Virus record (IMG/VR): IMGVR_UViG_3300045988_137032
Span: 1 to 64,000 of that record
Origin: a virus
DNA length: 64,000 bases
Reading direction: 5' to 3' (one strand)
Each line of letters begins with the position of its first letter. Within the stretch, counting starts at the first letter, position 1. Positions 18,436 through 28,220 of the stretch are shown one piece after another. The notes beneath the pieces are model-generated. The model had not been told where the DNA came from, did no database searches, and was given only the letters and a program-made list of their open reading frames with translations. The translations under genes were made by a program, and so were the position numbers.

Positions 18436-19350
18436 TTAATACTTGCCGTTGATATAATCGTATGCCATTTCCTTTACGGACTGGAGATTAAAATCTTCCA
18501 GCTTGAGTGCCTTCAGCATAGCAAGCTTCGTGTACTCATGAACCGCTTCAGTAAAGATAGCAGACGGATCAGCGCCATCCATTTTCTCGGCCTTATTCAT
18601 CATGACGGCTTCAAACAGAGAAGGCTGATAAACCTTCGGTTGTCTGCAAGACTTAAAGTTTGTGATCTTAGCCATGGTAGATTCCATGGAAGCATCATCC
18701 ATAACTTTATCATCGGCTGCGAGTGTATCCTGAATGTCAGTCTTATACTGATCTTCAGCAGCAGCCTTCTGCTTTTCGTCATTGATGGCGTTAGCTACAT
18801 TGTTCTGGATGATTTCACTGATTTCGTCACCGCTCAGTTTACCAGTAATAGCATCGACGCTATCGTTCATTGCAGCAGGATCGTAATTGAGACTCATAAC
18901 ATCAATGTGGCCGACGTTATTCTTCTTCTTGTACGAAACTGCCTTTGAGCAAGCCTTTTCAGCTTCTGTTACGATGGTTTTCAGAACTCCTGAATTAGTA
19001 CGCTTCAGTGCCTCACGGACATAATATTCCGTCGGTTTACCGTCAGTACGCTTAGCAATAAAGTTATGAATTTCACCACCAACGTCTGACGGAGAAAGAT
19101 TCTTGTCAGGATCGTTGTAAGGCAGAGCATTCTGATAAATTTTGCCGAGTACTGTATCGATACAAACGGACTTGCCGTCTTCAGCAGCTTTAAGTGCCAT
19201 TGCATTCTGATGTGTGGGACTAGCTTTGAAGGCAGCCATGCCATCAATCTTTTCCTTTGCATCTTTCTTGGCCTGAATGAAATCGAGAACCTTAGCTTCT
19301 CGTTCGTCTAATCCAGCAGTATCCAGTGTTGCCTGAATTGCAGAATTCAT
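18436..19350 (-). CDS. hypothetical protein (acidic, helical; scaffold-like composition)
   Basis: 304-aa ORF with an AAAGGTGG RBS on the minus strand. It is convergent with 18112..18381. Confidence 0.8.
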   Translation of the reverse strand: MNSAIQATLDTAGLDEREAKVLDFIQAKKDAKEKIDGMAAFKASPTHQNAMALKAAEDGKSVCIDTVLGKIYQNALPYNDPDKNLSPSDVGGEIHNFIAKRTDGKPTEYYVREALKRTNSGVLKTIVTEAEKACSKAVSYKKKNNVGHIDVMSLNYDPAAMNDSVDAITGKLSGDEISEIIQNNVANAINDEKQKAAAEDQYKTDIQDTLAADDKVMDDASMESTMAKITNFKSCRQPKVYQPSLFEAVMMNKAEKMDGADPSAIFTEAVHEYTKLAMLKALKLEDFNLQSVKEMAYDYINGKY

Positions 19351-19404
19351 AATTCATAGCCACCTTTCATTATATATTTTAAAAATGTAATAGTAGTCAG
19401 AAAC

Positions 19405-22400
19405 TTAACTTAATGTTTTTACGACCTCGACGTTAAGAACGATGTCATCCGTGGACACAACCAGGACTTCCGGCACATATTCACGAAGTTCATCCTTAGT
19501 AAGATCATTCAGGTCAGTAACCTTCATACATACGGTCTGATACTTCGGGTCGTAATCATTGATACCAGTAAATCTCAAATGGTGGACAGACGGGAAGTTA
19601 TTCTCGATTGCCTTAATCATATTCGAGATATACAGATCGTTTGTACCAGAAGAATTAACCTTCTCAACGAATTCCTTAATGAAGCTCTTGATTTCAGTTG
19701 CAACGCTTGTTGCAGTGACACCATCAATCAGTTTCACATCATACGAAATTCCGATATTAACACGATCGATGAGTTCCTGATTATCACCAATGTAGTAGTT
19801 GTTACTACGGCCATAAGTGTTGTAGAACTTCACATCAAGGTTTGTGTTATTACGCAGTCTCGGGTTTGTCTCTTCCAGATAACGATAGTTATTCGTAACG
19901 TAAGTGATGAACGTATCGAAAGTATCCGCGTTATTAACCATATCTGCTTTCACCATAGGAAGCAAAGACATATTGCACATAACGCAATCTTCAGTACCAT
20001 CATCATTCAAAGAACCACGGGTGAATGTTACGGTGCTACGCATCATATTGAGAGGCTCAATAAACGTAAGACCTTCATCATCCGTAGAGTAGACATTGAC
20101 GATGGAATACTGGTCGATATCACCACCGGTAGTGGGATTACCCTTCTCATCACGAGGACGATAATAGTCGAAGAACTTCGGCTGTACGTCGCCACGACGA
20201 TCTCTCCAGCAGATGTAGATATTCACCTTGCAGTTTTCAATAGGAATGAAACTAACAGGTGATTCACCTTCTTTTACGAGATTCATGACTGCAAATGTCT
20301 TATTCACAGTAACGTAGTTATTCGTGATAATCTTACTGGAGAATGTTACCATGGAAGTATCTCCGGTATCAACTGCGGTCGGGAACAACTCAAGGTAACC
20401 AATCTCAGTCTTATTATCCATGAACTCAGCGAAGATTCTAACATCATTCAGCTTACCAGTCTTTTCGTTCTTATACCCATTCATGGTATAAACGTAGCCA
20501 TCCGGAAGCTCAATAGACGGAATGATACTCATGGAAATATCAAAGCTACGACTCTGTTCGAGTCTACGATTAAGCTTCAACTTTGATGTGATGAACTGAG
20601 ATGTGATCTCATCATTTGCACTCACGTATTCCAGTGTAGCAATCTGATTCTGGATATTCTTGTAGAGTCCAATCAGATTCGGATTCTTACTCATAGAAAT
20701 CAGGAACGGATTCGTATAGATGAATTCATATCCTTCTTTCTTCTCCAGTTTACCAGAGAGAACGTCAGGACGAATATCCTCAAAGTCAACACGACTCTCA
20801 AGCTTATTACCATCCCAATCATAGCGGGAATAACCGTTTGTATCCTGGACGTAGTATTGGCCGACATTTCGCATGTTATACATGGAAATATCCTTCATAT
20901 ACTTTTCATATCCAATATACTTATCTCCGATCATTGCACCGTCTTCATCACAAGGATAATAGACATTGTGGCTGAGAACTTTAAGGGTTACAGTACCATT
21001 CTCGATGAGAGTGGTCAGAGTATCAGTGGAGATGTCACCATCAATCTTTTCATCAGATGCACTGTAATGAGTACCATCAGACAGATAGTAAGTGCCATCA
21101 ATATCAATGTAATGCTTTACATTAATCTTCTCAGTACGATACCGGACGATTTTCTGCACAAGGGAAAGGCTATTGATCAAGCCATCTTCCTTTGTCATAT
21201 CTTCATCAGTATACTGAGAATAGCTGATGATATTACCATTGAAATCACACTGACGCCAATAGCCGTCATCATCCTTCATGAAGAAGTTGTCAACTCTACG
21301 ATCTTTTCCAGAACCAACGTAATGCTCCCAGATATTATCAGTAAACCAAATCTCTCCCGTTTCATAACGATCCTTGAAGAGATGATCAACGATTGTCTTG
21401 TTGTAAGACATGTATCGAGGAAGCAATCTTACGGTATTTCTGCTATCACCATCATATACAAACAGATGGCCAGGATTCAGAGTATAGACGTTGCTATTCT
21501 CAGCAAGGTCAAACTCATTGCCATTGATATTCAAGAAGAGTGTATTGGTAGGATAGATGAAGTCGTCTCTCTTAATCAGCAAGAATGCTGAGAAGAGACG
21601 CTCCGTGATATCATCTCGACGCTTCAAAACGAAGATCTCATTTCCGTAGCGGTACTTGTAGTTGTAGAAGTATTCACTAATATCGCTTTCCGTAGAAAGC
21701 TCAGTAGCAGTAGAGAATGCTTCAACGGTAAGAGCTTGAAGTGCATCCAGTGACAGTTTTCCAGCGCCACCAGCACAAGGAGATACTGTCTTACCAGCAA
21801 TGATCATCTTTTCATTATAATCAAAGCGTTCGTTATTCATCTGGAATCCGACATTCTTACCATTGTACTCTTCGAAGTTACCATCTGCACCCTTTGTAGT
21901 ATAAGTGATAACTTTAATCTCAGAGTTAAAGTCAGGCTGGAAGTAGCCATCCTTCGGAGAGAATGTAATTTCCAGAGTCTGGTCATCCTTTAACCGATAA
22001 TAACAGAAAGGCCTCTTAATAGGAAGTGAGAATTTCACTTTCTTCTCAAGAGCTGTATATTCACTATCGGTAGGAGACTTATAGAAGATATCAAATCCAG
22101 CCAGAGTATCAGAGAAATCAAATTCCAGCACGGGATAATTGATCTTCGTATTTGTGATGACAGATTCACTCATCTCAGTGCGTTCTACCTGATGGCAAGT
22201 GATCTCAAGCATCAGAAGTCCATTACCAACTTTACGAAGCTTCAGATAAGGATTCGTAATATCGGAAATAGAATTCTTCACAGACATATCATACTTTGCA
22301 CTGTAGATATATTCTGCTTCATAAGTACCAGTGTTATTCTTTCGCTTTTCTTCAATGATGATATCGTAGTCAGGAGTAAACGGAATATCTTCTACGGTAA

Positions 22401-22809
22401 TAATGGTTTCTTTTGCAATGTAGAAGGTACGAACTCCGTTTGCACTATTTTCACTACCATAATCATGAATATCAGACTGCTGTAAAAGAATGACAAAGGT
22501 ACATTCACCAGCTTTACCAAAAGAATTATCGAGCTGATGGATAGCTGCATGGGAATAAATAGATTCAGGAATAACTGCTTTATTTGGGAAAGCCTCATTG
22601 ATCAAAACGGATGCGGTATTCATTGCATCTTCGATAGCATTGGCATCCTGCTCCAGAGTAAAACCAAGCTCACCGACGTTCAATGCTGAGAGAGTTGCAT
22701 CTCCAAAGTATTTTTCACCGAGTGTGGTTAAAGCAGTATTTTTAATGGCATAGCCATCTGTATAGTCACGATCAACAACGATCTTTTCGACCGTAGATAC
22801 TTTAGCCAT
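19405..22809 (-). CDS. large hypothetical structural protein (1134 aa)
   Basis: Long ORF with a GAAAGGAG RBS. It starts 22 nt after the stop of 22831..24609. I recognise no motif. Confidence 0.85.
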   Translation of the reverse strand: MAKVSTVEKIVVDRDYTDGYAIKNTALTTLGEKYFGDATLSALNVGELGFTLEQDANAIEDAMNTASVLINEAFPNKAVIPESIYSHAAIHQLDNSFGKAGECTFVILLQQSDIHDYGSENSANGVRTFYIAKETIITVEDIPFTPDYDIIIEEKRKNNTGTYEAEYIYSAKYDMSVKNSISDITNPYLKLRKVGNGLLMLEITCHQVERTEMSESVITNTKINYPVLEFDFSDTLAGFDIFYKSPTDSEYTALEKKVKFSLPIKRPFCYYRLKDDQTLEITFSPKDGYFQPDFNSEIKVITYTTKGADGNFEEYNGKNVGFQMNNERFDYNEKMIIAGKTVSPCAGGAGKLSLDALQALTVEAFSTATELSTESDISEYFYNYKYRYGNEIFVLKRRDDITERLFSAFLLIKRDDFIYPTNTLFLNINGNEFDLAENSNVYTLNPGHLFVYDGDSRNTVRLLPRYMSYNKTIVDHLFKDRYETGEIWFTDNIWEHYVGSGKDRRVDNFFMKDDDGYWRQCDFNGNIISYSQYTDEDMTKEDGLINSLSLVQKIVRYRTEKINVKHYIDIDGTYYLSDGTHYSASDEKIDGDISTDTLTTLIENGTVTLKVLSHNVYYPCDEDGAMIGDKYIGYEKYMKDISMYNMRNVGQYYVQDTNGYSRYDWDGNKLESRVDFEDIRPDVLSGKLEKKEGYEFIYTNPFLISMSKNPNLIGLYKNIQNQIATLEYVSANDEITSQFITSKLKLNRRLEQSRSFDISMSIIPSIELPDGYVYTMNGYKNEKTGKLNDVRIFAEFMDNKTEIGYLELFPTAVDTGDTSMVTFSSKIITNNYVTVNKTFAVMNLVKEGESPVSFIPIENCKVNIYICWRDRRGDVQPKFFDYYRPRDEKGNPTTGGDIDQYSIVNVYSTDDEGLTFIEPLNMMRSTVTFTRGSLNDDGTEDCVMCNMSLLPMVKADMVNNADTFDTFITYVTNNYRYLEETNPRLRNNTNLDVKFYNTYGRSNNYYIGDNQELIDRVNIGISYDVKLIDGVTATSVATEIKSFIKEFVEKVNSSGTNDLYISNMIKAIENNFPSVHHLRFTGINDYDPKYQTVCMKVTDLNDLTKDELREYVPEVLVVSTDDIVLNVEVVKTLS

Positions 22810-22830
22810 GGGTTAATCTCCTTTCCGTTA

Positions 22831-24609
22831 TTATTCTGCTTTATGGAAGCGGAGTTTAAATGTGTAAGGAAGGTTACCGTCATTACGGTTACCACGGAAG
22901 GTTTCAATGAATGGAGTACCGGCCCAAGTATATCCAGTACCGAGTACAGAGCTCTGATACGTATTCACGTACTTCCAGTTACGTTTCCATCCATGAGTAT
23001 TGAACTCAACCAATGACAGAGGGTTGAAATCTTCCTTCCAAGAATATTTATAGCTAATGGTATATTCCGGGTTACTAATACGCTGACTATCATCAAACAT
23101 CAAGTTTGAAGACGGAGTCTTTGTAGGGAATACACCATAGTACTTACTCCAGAAGATAATCGTTTCTCCATCTTCTGCGGTAAGAATATAGTAAAGACAT
23201 GTGGGATAGTCAAGAATCTTATTCTTGACGTAATTAATATCAGGCCACACTTTACCACGGTAAACATGACTGATATAGTCAGTCCACAGTTTATGCAAGT
23301 GATAAATATGAAGATACTTATCATCGGTGTATTTGATATTAATTTCTCCAGCAGCTTTACTCTTGATATTATTCTTACCGTATGCAACTTTGTGACCTGT
23401 CAGTGCATCACCGTAGGATTCATCTTCAACGTATTCATCAGAAGTTTCAAACGATTTTGCTTTGTTTGACAGGAACATCATGAATTCATGATCATATCCA
23501 GCTTTGCCCTGAGTTAATTCACGGAGCAACTCAGGAGCATGCTGTAGTGCATAATAGTATTCAGACAGATTCTTTAAGTTGTCTGCAAGAGTAGGCGATG
23601 CATTTGCACCAGTAGATCCATCTGCATAAATATTACAGTCAGGTCTTACAAAGAATACATGACCGAATGCTTTTGTTAAAGCATCATTCGGATTTTGTAT
23701 TTTGTAGCGGTTGTAATATTTCGTATATTGACGGAATAATTGTTGGGGATTCATAAGATCCAGATTTACTGACCTACGAATTTCCTCCATGTCAGTGTAA
23801 TTCTTCTTATCATCGAATTCGGTTCCTGTATAGTAATCATATCGGTAAAGACCGTAATTCTTTGCACTCTTAGAAGAATTCTTACTGGGACTAGGAGAAG
23901 ATTTTAACTTCGGCCATACTCCAATCTTATGTCCATTTTCATCAAGAATTTGAGTCTGATATACTTCAGGAGCATTTCTATCCAAGTTATCAATCTGCTT
24001 TTTTGTCATCTGGTAACGAAGATCACCATATCGAAGCATATTCATAACCTTGTAATATTCAGCAGACTGCACTTCTTTGTAGGTATAATCAGCAGCAGAA
24101 GAAGCATTGTATCGTTTGCTGAGATACATAACTTTACTAGCTCCATCCAATGTACCACTAAAGAGATCTGATACATATCCACCGAGCTTATTAAAGAGCC
24201 TTGATGCTGCACCTGATAATAGAGTCATACCAATATTCATGAGACCATTGGTAAGCTTTTTACCTGCGCTAGATCCCATGAAGGTTTTTACTTTATTACC
24301 AGCATTCACCAATCCATTCGTTAGATTACCAAGTAAGCTAGTTTCAGCTACAGCATACTGGTCATCCATTGAAACACCTACGATTTTTTGTGGCATCAAT
24401 GTGGCAGGATTAAATCGAGTCAGAGTTTCAATATCGACTGTAGTAATTGCTTTTCCGCGTAAACCAAGAACGACATAGTTGTCTGGATAATTTTGACCAC
24501 CAATCTGTAAGACATCATACAGGTTGTCTTGTACAAAAGAGGCAAGGTGAACACCATTTACATCTTTAGATGCAGATGTACTCACCTTGTCACCAACCTT
24601 GATCTTCAT
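22831..24609 (-). CDS. hypothetical virion-associated protein with N-terminal SH3-like domain
   Basis: 592-aa ORF with a GAAAGGAG RBS. The N-terminus VGDKVSTSASKDVNGVHLASFVQDNLYDVLQIGG is paralogous to that of 13860..15725. Confidence 0.8.
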   Translation of the reverse strand: MKIKVGDKVSTSASKDVNGVHLASFVQDNLYDVLQIGGQNYPDNYVVLGLRGKAITTVDIETLTRFNPATLMPQKIVGVSMDDQYAVAETSLLGNLTNGLVNAGNKVKTFMGSSAGKKLTNGLMNIGMTLLSGAASRLFNKLGGYVSDLFSGTLDGASKVMYLSKRYNASSAADYTYKEVQSAEYYKVMNMLRYGDLRYQMTKKQIDNLDRNAPEVYQTQILDENGHKIGVWPKLKSSPSPSKNSSKSAKNYGLYRYDYYTGTEFDDKKNYTDMEEIRRSVNLDLMNPQQLFRQYTKYYNRYKIQNPNDALTKAFGHVFFVRPDCNIYADGSTGANASPTLADNLKNLSEYYYALQHAPELLRELTQGKAGYDHEFMMFLSNKAKSFETSDEYVEDESYGDALTGHKVAYGKNNIKSKAAGEINIKYTDDKYLHIYHLHKLWTDYISHVYRGKVWPDINYVKNKILDYPTCLYYILTAEDGETIIFWSKYYGVFPTKTPSSNLMFDDSQRISNPEYTISYKYSWKEDFNPLSLVEFNTHGWKRNWKYVNTYQSSVLGTGYTWAGTPFIETFRGNRNDGNLPYTFKLRFHKAE

Positions 24610-24757
24610 ACGAAGTCGCCACTCCTTTCTTTTCTAATTCTGGGTTATCCTCGTAATAGCTTACCCTATTGTTTTTTGGTACTATTTCTAGTGATACTAT
24701 AGAAAGTACATGTATTTAACGTCATATAATATTTCTTAATTGGAAAGGAGAATAGGT

Positions 24758-25042
24758 GTGACCAATAAACACGGTAAACGCAAAAGAGTAAAAACACGTG
24801 ATATGATGTTGATCATTTGCTCAGCAATGGTCATCATCTATACACTCGTAGATATCACTCTTGGATTTGTCGGTCTTAAGACGGGTGCACAGATTCAGCT
24901 TGATAGCACACTTACTTCCGAAGTATTCGGTTTTGCAAAGTGGGTTATCACAACTGGTGCTGGCATTACTGTCGCTAAGACACTGAAGGGAAATACCAAT
25001 AGTGATGAAACAGAATATCCTACCGATGAAGAACCCGACTAA
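24758..25042 (+). CDS. small two-TM membrane protein (holin-like topology)
   Basis: The GTG start at 24758 lies 7 nt after GAAAGGAG. The protein has a basic N-terminus, two hydrophobic helices (MMLIICSAMVIIYTLVDITLGFV and FAKWVITTGAGITVA) and an acidic C-terminus. The holin function is only inferred from this topology. Confidence 0.6.
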   Translation: MTNKHGKRKRVKTRDMMLIICSAMVIIYTLVDITLGFVGLKTGAQIQLDSTLTSEVFGFAKWVITTGAGITVAKTLKGNTNSDETEYPTDEEPD

Positions 25043-25079
25043 AATATAAAAAAAATAAAGAAATGTGAGGTACCTTAAA

Positions 25080-25685
25080 ATGACTAATAATCTGCAGATT
25101 GCTATTCTTGAAGCCGCGCATGACGGTGTCCTGTATAACCATGAGGCTATCGATCTGATCAATCAGACTTACGTCAGCGAGGGTGTGAACCTGGATGCTC
25201 GTCGTGAGTACAAGGATCGTAACAAGGCTGCTCGTGCACTGGTTAAGCAGTTCAAGGCGGCTAAGAAGGCTGGTAAGTTCAATGAGGCCAATACCTGCCT
25301 GGATAAGGCCATCAAGATTCTGGATGATCTTCAGGACAGCCTGAAGGATTACCAGGATATGAGCGGTTTTGGTTCCTTCGTCTTCTCTCTGTTCGTCCCC
25401 ACTCTGTGCGACTTCGTTCCTCTGTATGGCCTGAGCACCATGTATCTGAACCAGTTCGATACCTTCGTCAAGGCATTCAAGAAGTCCTGCTTTGGTAAGG
25501 GTGCTGAGATCAGCGACCTGAACCAGTATGTGTCTCGTCTGAACATGTACACTGGCGAGTTTAAGAAGTCTCTGCAACGTCAGAAGGCTGAGCTGCGGAA
25601 GTATCGTGATACAATCGCTAAGGAGTCCGTTGATGATGAAGTTACTCTGGATGACCTGCTGGCAGAGATGACTGATCTGGTCTAA
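25080..25685 (+). CDS. hypothetical helical membrane protein with shared N-terminal leader motif
   Basis: Start moved to the ATG at 25080. The N-terminal motif is AILEAAHDGVLYNHEAIDLIN and the central hydrophobic segment is FGSFVFSLFVPTLCDFVPLYGL. Codon bias is C/G-ending. Confidence 0.75.
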   Translation: MTNNLQIAILEAAHDGVLYNHEAIDLINQTYVSEGVNLDARREYKDRNKAARALVKQFKAAKKAGKFNEANTCLDKAIKILDDLQDSLKDYQDMSGFGSFVFSLFVPTLCDFVPLYGLSTMYLNQFDTFVKAFKKSCFGKGAEISDLNQYVSRLNMYTGEFKKSLQRQKAELRKYRDTIAKESVDDEVTLDDLLAEMTDLV

Positions 25686-25703
25686 TTGTGGAGGTGGACA
25701 TCA

Positions 25704-27305
25704 ATGAGTGTTGTTTCTGATGTCCTGATGGAAGCACTGGATAATCGTGATATTACTGCTGATGAGGCAGCGTTTATCATGAGGAATTATTATTCTGAAG
25801 GTGCTGTTCGTGATGCCGTTCATAATATTTCTCGTGTCATGGACGCTTCTCGTGAAGATAAAGCATCCACCATCGAGCAGCTGAAGTCCAATAAGGGTTT
25901 CAGCGATGCTGAAAAGAACGTGAAGTCTTATTGCGCTAAAGCGTATAAGACTATGACTAAGTATAGCAGAACGATTGCTATCAAAGATAATGCCAATGGT
26001 AAGGCTGATATGCAGAATATTATCAATGGTATTAATAGCGCTATGACAAAGTATAATAGCGCAAAGAAGGCAGCAGAGAAATCTGATCATGCCGATATTA
26101 CTCCGGTTGTCAATAAGATTATCAATAACCTGAAGAGTGCGCAGAAGTGCTTTGCTTCTGATGGTACTCCAAATAAGGAAGCCCTGAAGAAGCTGGCAAG
26201 TAATACTCGTATGGAGTATGGTAATCTTGGTGCCGTCAATGTTGACGCAAAGGCGCCGAAGCCGAAGGAAAAGGAATCTACCAATGAGAGTGCTCTTATC
26301 TCTTTTGATAATGATGTGCTCTCTGAGAGTTTCTTCAGTGATATGAAGAATAAGATTTCTAAGAAACATGATACTCAGGATAAGGCATCCAAGAATACTG
26401 GTGCTGAAAAGTCCCCCAAGAAGAAAGCCGATCCGATTGGTGGTATCGTGTCTAAAGTAATCAATATTCGTACGGCTGCGAATGGTGCGATGGGACGGAA
26501 GATTACTGCATTGAAGAAGAAGTCTGATGACTTTGAGTCTCAGGATGATATCAAGCAGGTTAATCGATCCATGACTGGCTATGCTGAAGATGTTAAGTCT
26601 AACATCGATAAGCTTGGCTCCATGCCTAATGGTAAGAAGTATATTCCTGGTCTTACTAAGATCATGAATTACATCAAGAACGCCATCTCTTCTAAGAGCC
26701 CCAACGATATTGAGACCTTCCGTGTTAATATGATGGGTCAGACAATTGCTCTGGTAGAATCATATCAGATGGAAAGCGTCAATACCTTCCTTGAGGCAGT
26801 TCCGTTTGTACCTACCATGGATGCTACGAATCGGATGGAGGCAATTGTCCAGCGGTTCAACTATCTTTCTGCATCTTATCGTACGCATATGAATGCTGGT
26901 GATAAGAGCGCAGCAAAGAAAGACCTGAAGGAAATGCAGGAAACCATCCATACGGCGGCTGGTATTATCGATGATGCGAACAAAAATTCTACCTTCGTCG
27001 AAACTACTCTTATTAACCTCTTATTCGATGGCATTGCGATTGCAGGTATTGCAATCAGTGTGATTAACGCACCTTGGATGGGTAGTTTTGGCGTTGTCAT
27101 GGCAGGCATGTATGGCGCATATGGTGGTATCTTTAGTGGTGGTCAGATTATGAATGTAATCAATGATTATAAAAAGACCGGTAAGTTTAATTATCGGGCC
27201 ACTAATGCTGCTCTCGGCATCCTTGCTCTTGAACTCAATAAGATGGAAAACATCCTTGGTCGCATGACCGTTGAGCTCGATAAAGCATATGCTGCATCCA
27301 AGTAA
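25704..27305 (+). CDS. hypothetical helical membrane protein with shared N-terminal leader motif
   Basis: The ATG at 25704 follows GGAGGTGG. The N-terminal motif is VLMEALDNRDITADEAAFIMR. Hydrophobic segments (LLFDGIAIAGIAISVI and GVVMAGMYGAYGGIFSGG) lie near the C-terminus. The terminator at 27330..27372 follows. Confidence 0.8.
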   Translation: MSVVSDVLMEALDNRDITADEAAFIMRNYYSEGAVRDAVHNISRVMDASREDKASTIEQLKSNKGFSDAEKNVKSYCAKAYKTMTKYSRTIAIKDNANGKADMQNIINGINSAMTKYNSAKKAAEKSDHADITPVVNKIINNLKSAQKCFASDGTPNKEALKKLASNTRMEYGNLGAVNVDAKAPKPKEKESTNESALISFDNDVLSESFFSDMKNKISKKHDTQDKASKNTGAEKSPKKKADPIGGIVSKVINIRTAANGAMGRKITALKKKSDDFESQDDIKQVNRSMTGYAEDVKSNIDKLGSMPNGKKYIPGLTKIMNYIKNAISSKSPNDIETFRVNMMGQTIALVESYQMESVNTFLEAVPFVPTMDATNRMEAIVQRFNYLSASYRTHMNAGDKSAAKKDLKEMQETIHTAAGIIDDANKNSTFVETTLINLLFDGIAIAGIAISVINAPWMGSFGVVMAGMYGAYGGIFSGGQIMNVINDYKKTGKFNYRATNAALGILALELNKMENILGRMTVELDKAYAASK

Positions 27306-27329
27306 CTTGTCTCAAAAGACATAAAATAT

Positions 27330-27372
27330 TCCCACTACATCAGATGGAATACTGATGTAGTGGGAAATATTT
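27330..27372 (+). terminator. intrinsic terminator
   Basis: 14-bp stem TCCCACTACATCAG/CTGATGTAGTGGGA followed by a T-rich tail. Confidence 0.7.
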
Positions 27373-27525
27373 TACTTAAAACGAATTTGTTATTAGATTG
27401 GTTGATAAACGGATTTTATAGAAATTGCATTTGTTAGTTTTTCAATTTCAGAAGGAATCGAAGTAACCTAAATATGATCGGCTCGGTATCTTCCAATCAT
27501 AAGTGGGGAAATGTAAGCAATCCTT

Positions 27526-27683
27526 CTCCGGCCATCTAGGTCTCCAGACAATACTGACATTTCTCTTATCATTCCAATATCGCTATATTTTATCTACGGC
27601 CATATAGGTCTCCGAAATATATCGAGTAAAGGTCTGAAGCTACTGAAAGATCCAAATCATTGTCTACGGCCATCTAGGTCTCG
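27526..27683. repeat. three spaced ~20-bp direct repeats (iteron-like)
   Basis: The copies are CTCCGGCCATCTAGGTCTCC (27526..27545), CTACGGCCATATAGGTCTCC (27594..27613) and CTACGGCCATCTAGGTCTCG (27664..27683). Centre-to-centre spacing is 68 and 70 nt. They lie in an ORF-free gap. Confidence 0.8.
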
Positions 27684-27715
27684 GATGACTCAGTTCAATC
27701 AACGCATAATAAATA

Positions 27716-27752
27716 GTTGAGCTGATGTAGTATTAGTCCACATCAGCTCAAC
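27716..27752 (-). terminator. intrinsic terminator of 27792..28070
   Basis: 13-bp stem GTTGAGCTGATGT/ACATCAGCTCAAC with a T-rich tail on the minus strand. Confidence 0.7.
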
Positions 27753-27791
27753 AAAACGTTTTTGCAAACGTCATGGACGCCAATGTGGTAA

Positions 27792-28070
27792 TTACATACC
27801 AGCCAGCTTGTCATCCACTTTCTGCAGAAGCTCAACACGCTCTTCAGCAGTAATAGAGCCGTTCATCTCAGCCTCGTAGATCTTGCAGCGCATAGCATCT
27901 GCCTTCTCTTCGACTGACTCTTCAGGCTCAGCATCTTCCGTAACGGAAGAGGAATCATCATTGGTCATATCGCTGTCAGTGTCTTCCAGGCATGCCAGCA
28001 TCAGATCCTTGGTGACTTCATCAATCTCGCCGCTCTTCGCAGCTTCGAAAATAGCGTTCTTGATTTTCAT
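27792..28070 (-). CDS. small acidic protein with shared N-terminal leader motif
   Basis: Start moved to the ATG at 28070 (MKIKNAIFEAAKSGEIDEV), which has GAAAGGAG 8 nt upstream. The terminator at 27716..27752 lies downstream. Confidence 0.7.
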   Translation of the reverse strand: MKIKNAIFEAAKSGEIDEVTKDLMLACLEDTDSDMTNDDSSSVTEDAEPEESVEEKADAMRCKIYEAEMNGSITAEERVELLQKVDDKLAGM

Positions 28071-28220
28071 AAGATGATATCTCCTTTCAGATATTTTAGG
28101 ATAACGTATAAGATCTATTCTTACACGTAATATCATGAGATTAATATAATGTAACAGTACTCCAAAAAACATTTCCTTAAGCTTACTAGGGAATTACATA
28201 GTAAAGGAGTGAGAATAACT

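Noticed and set aside
27526-27683. Possible mini-CRISPR array, with three direct repeats at regular ~69-nt spacing
   Set aside because: The repeats are only about 17-20 bp and differ from each other at several positions, and there are only three. They lack the typical CRISPR repeat length and identity, and no cas gene or leader-like context is present in the window. An iteron or operator interpretation fits better.
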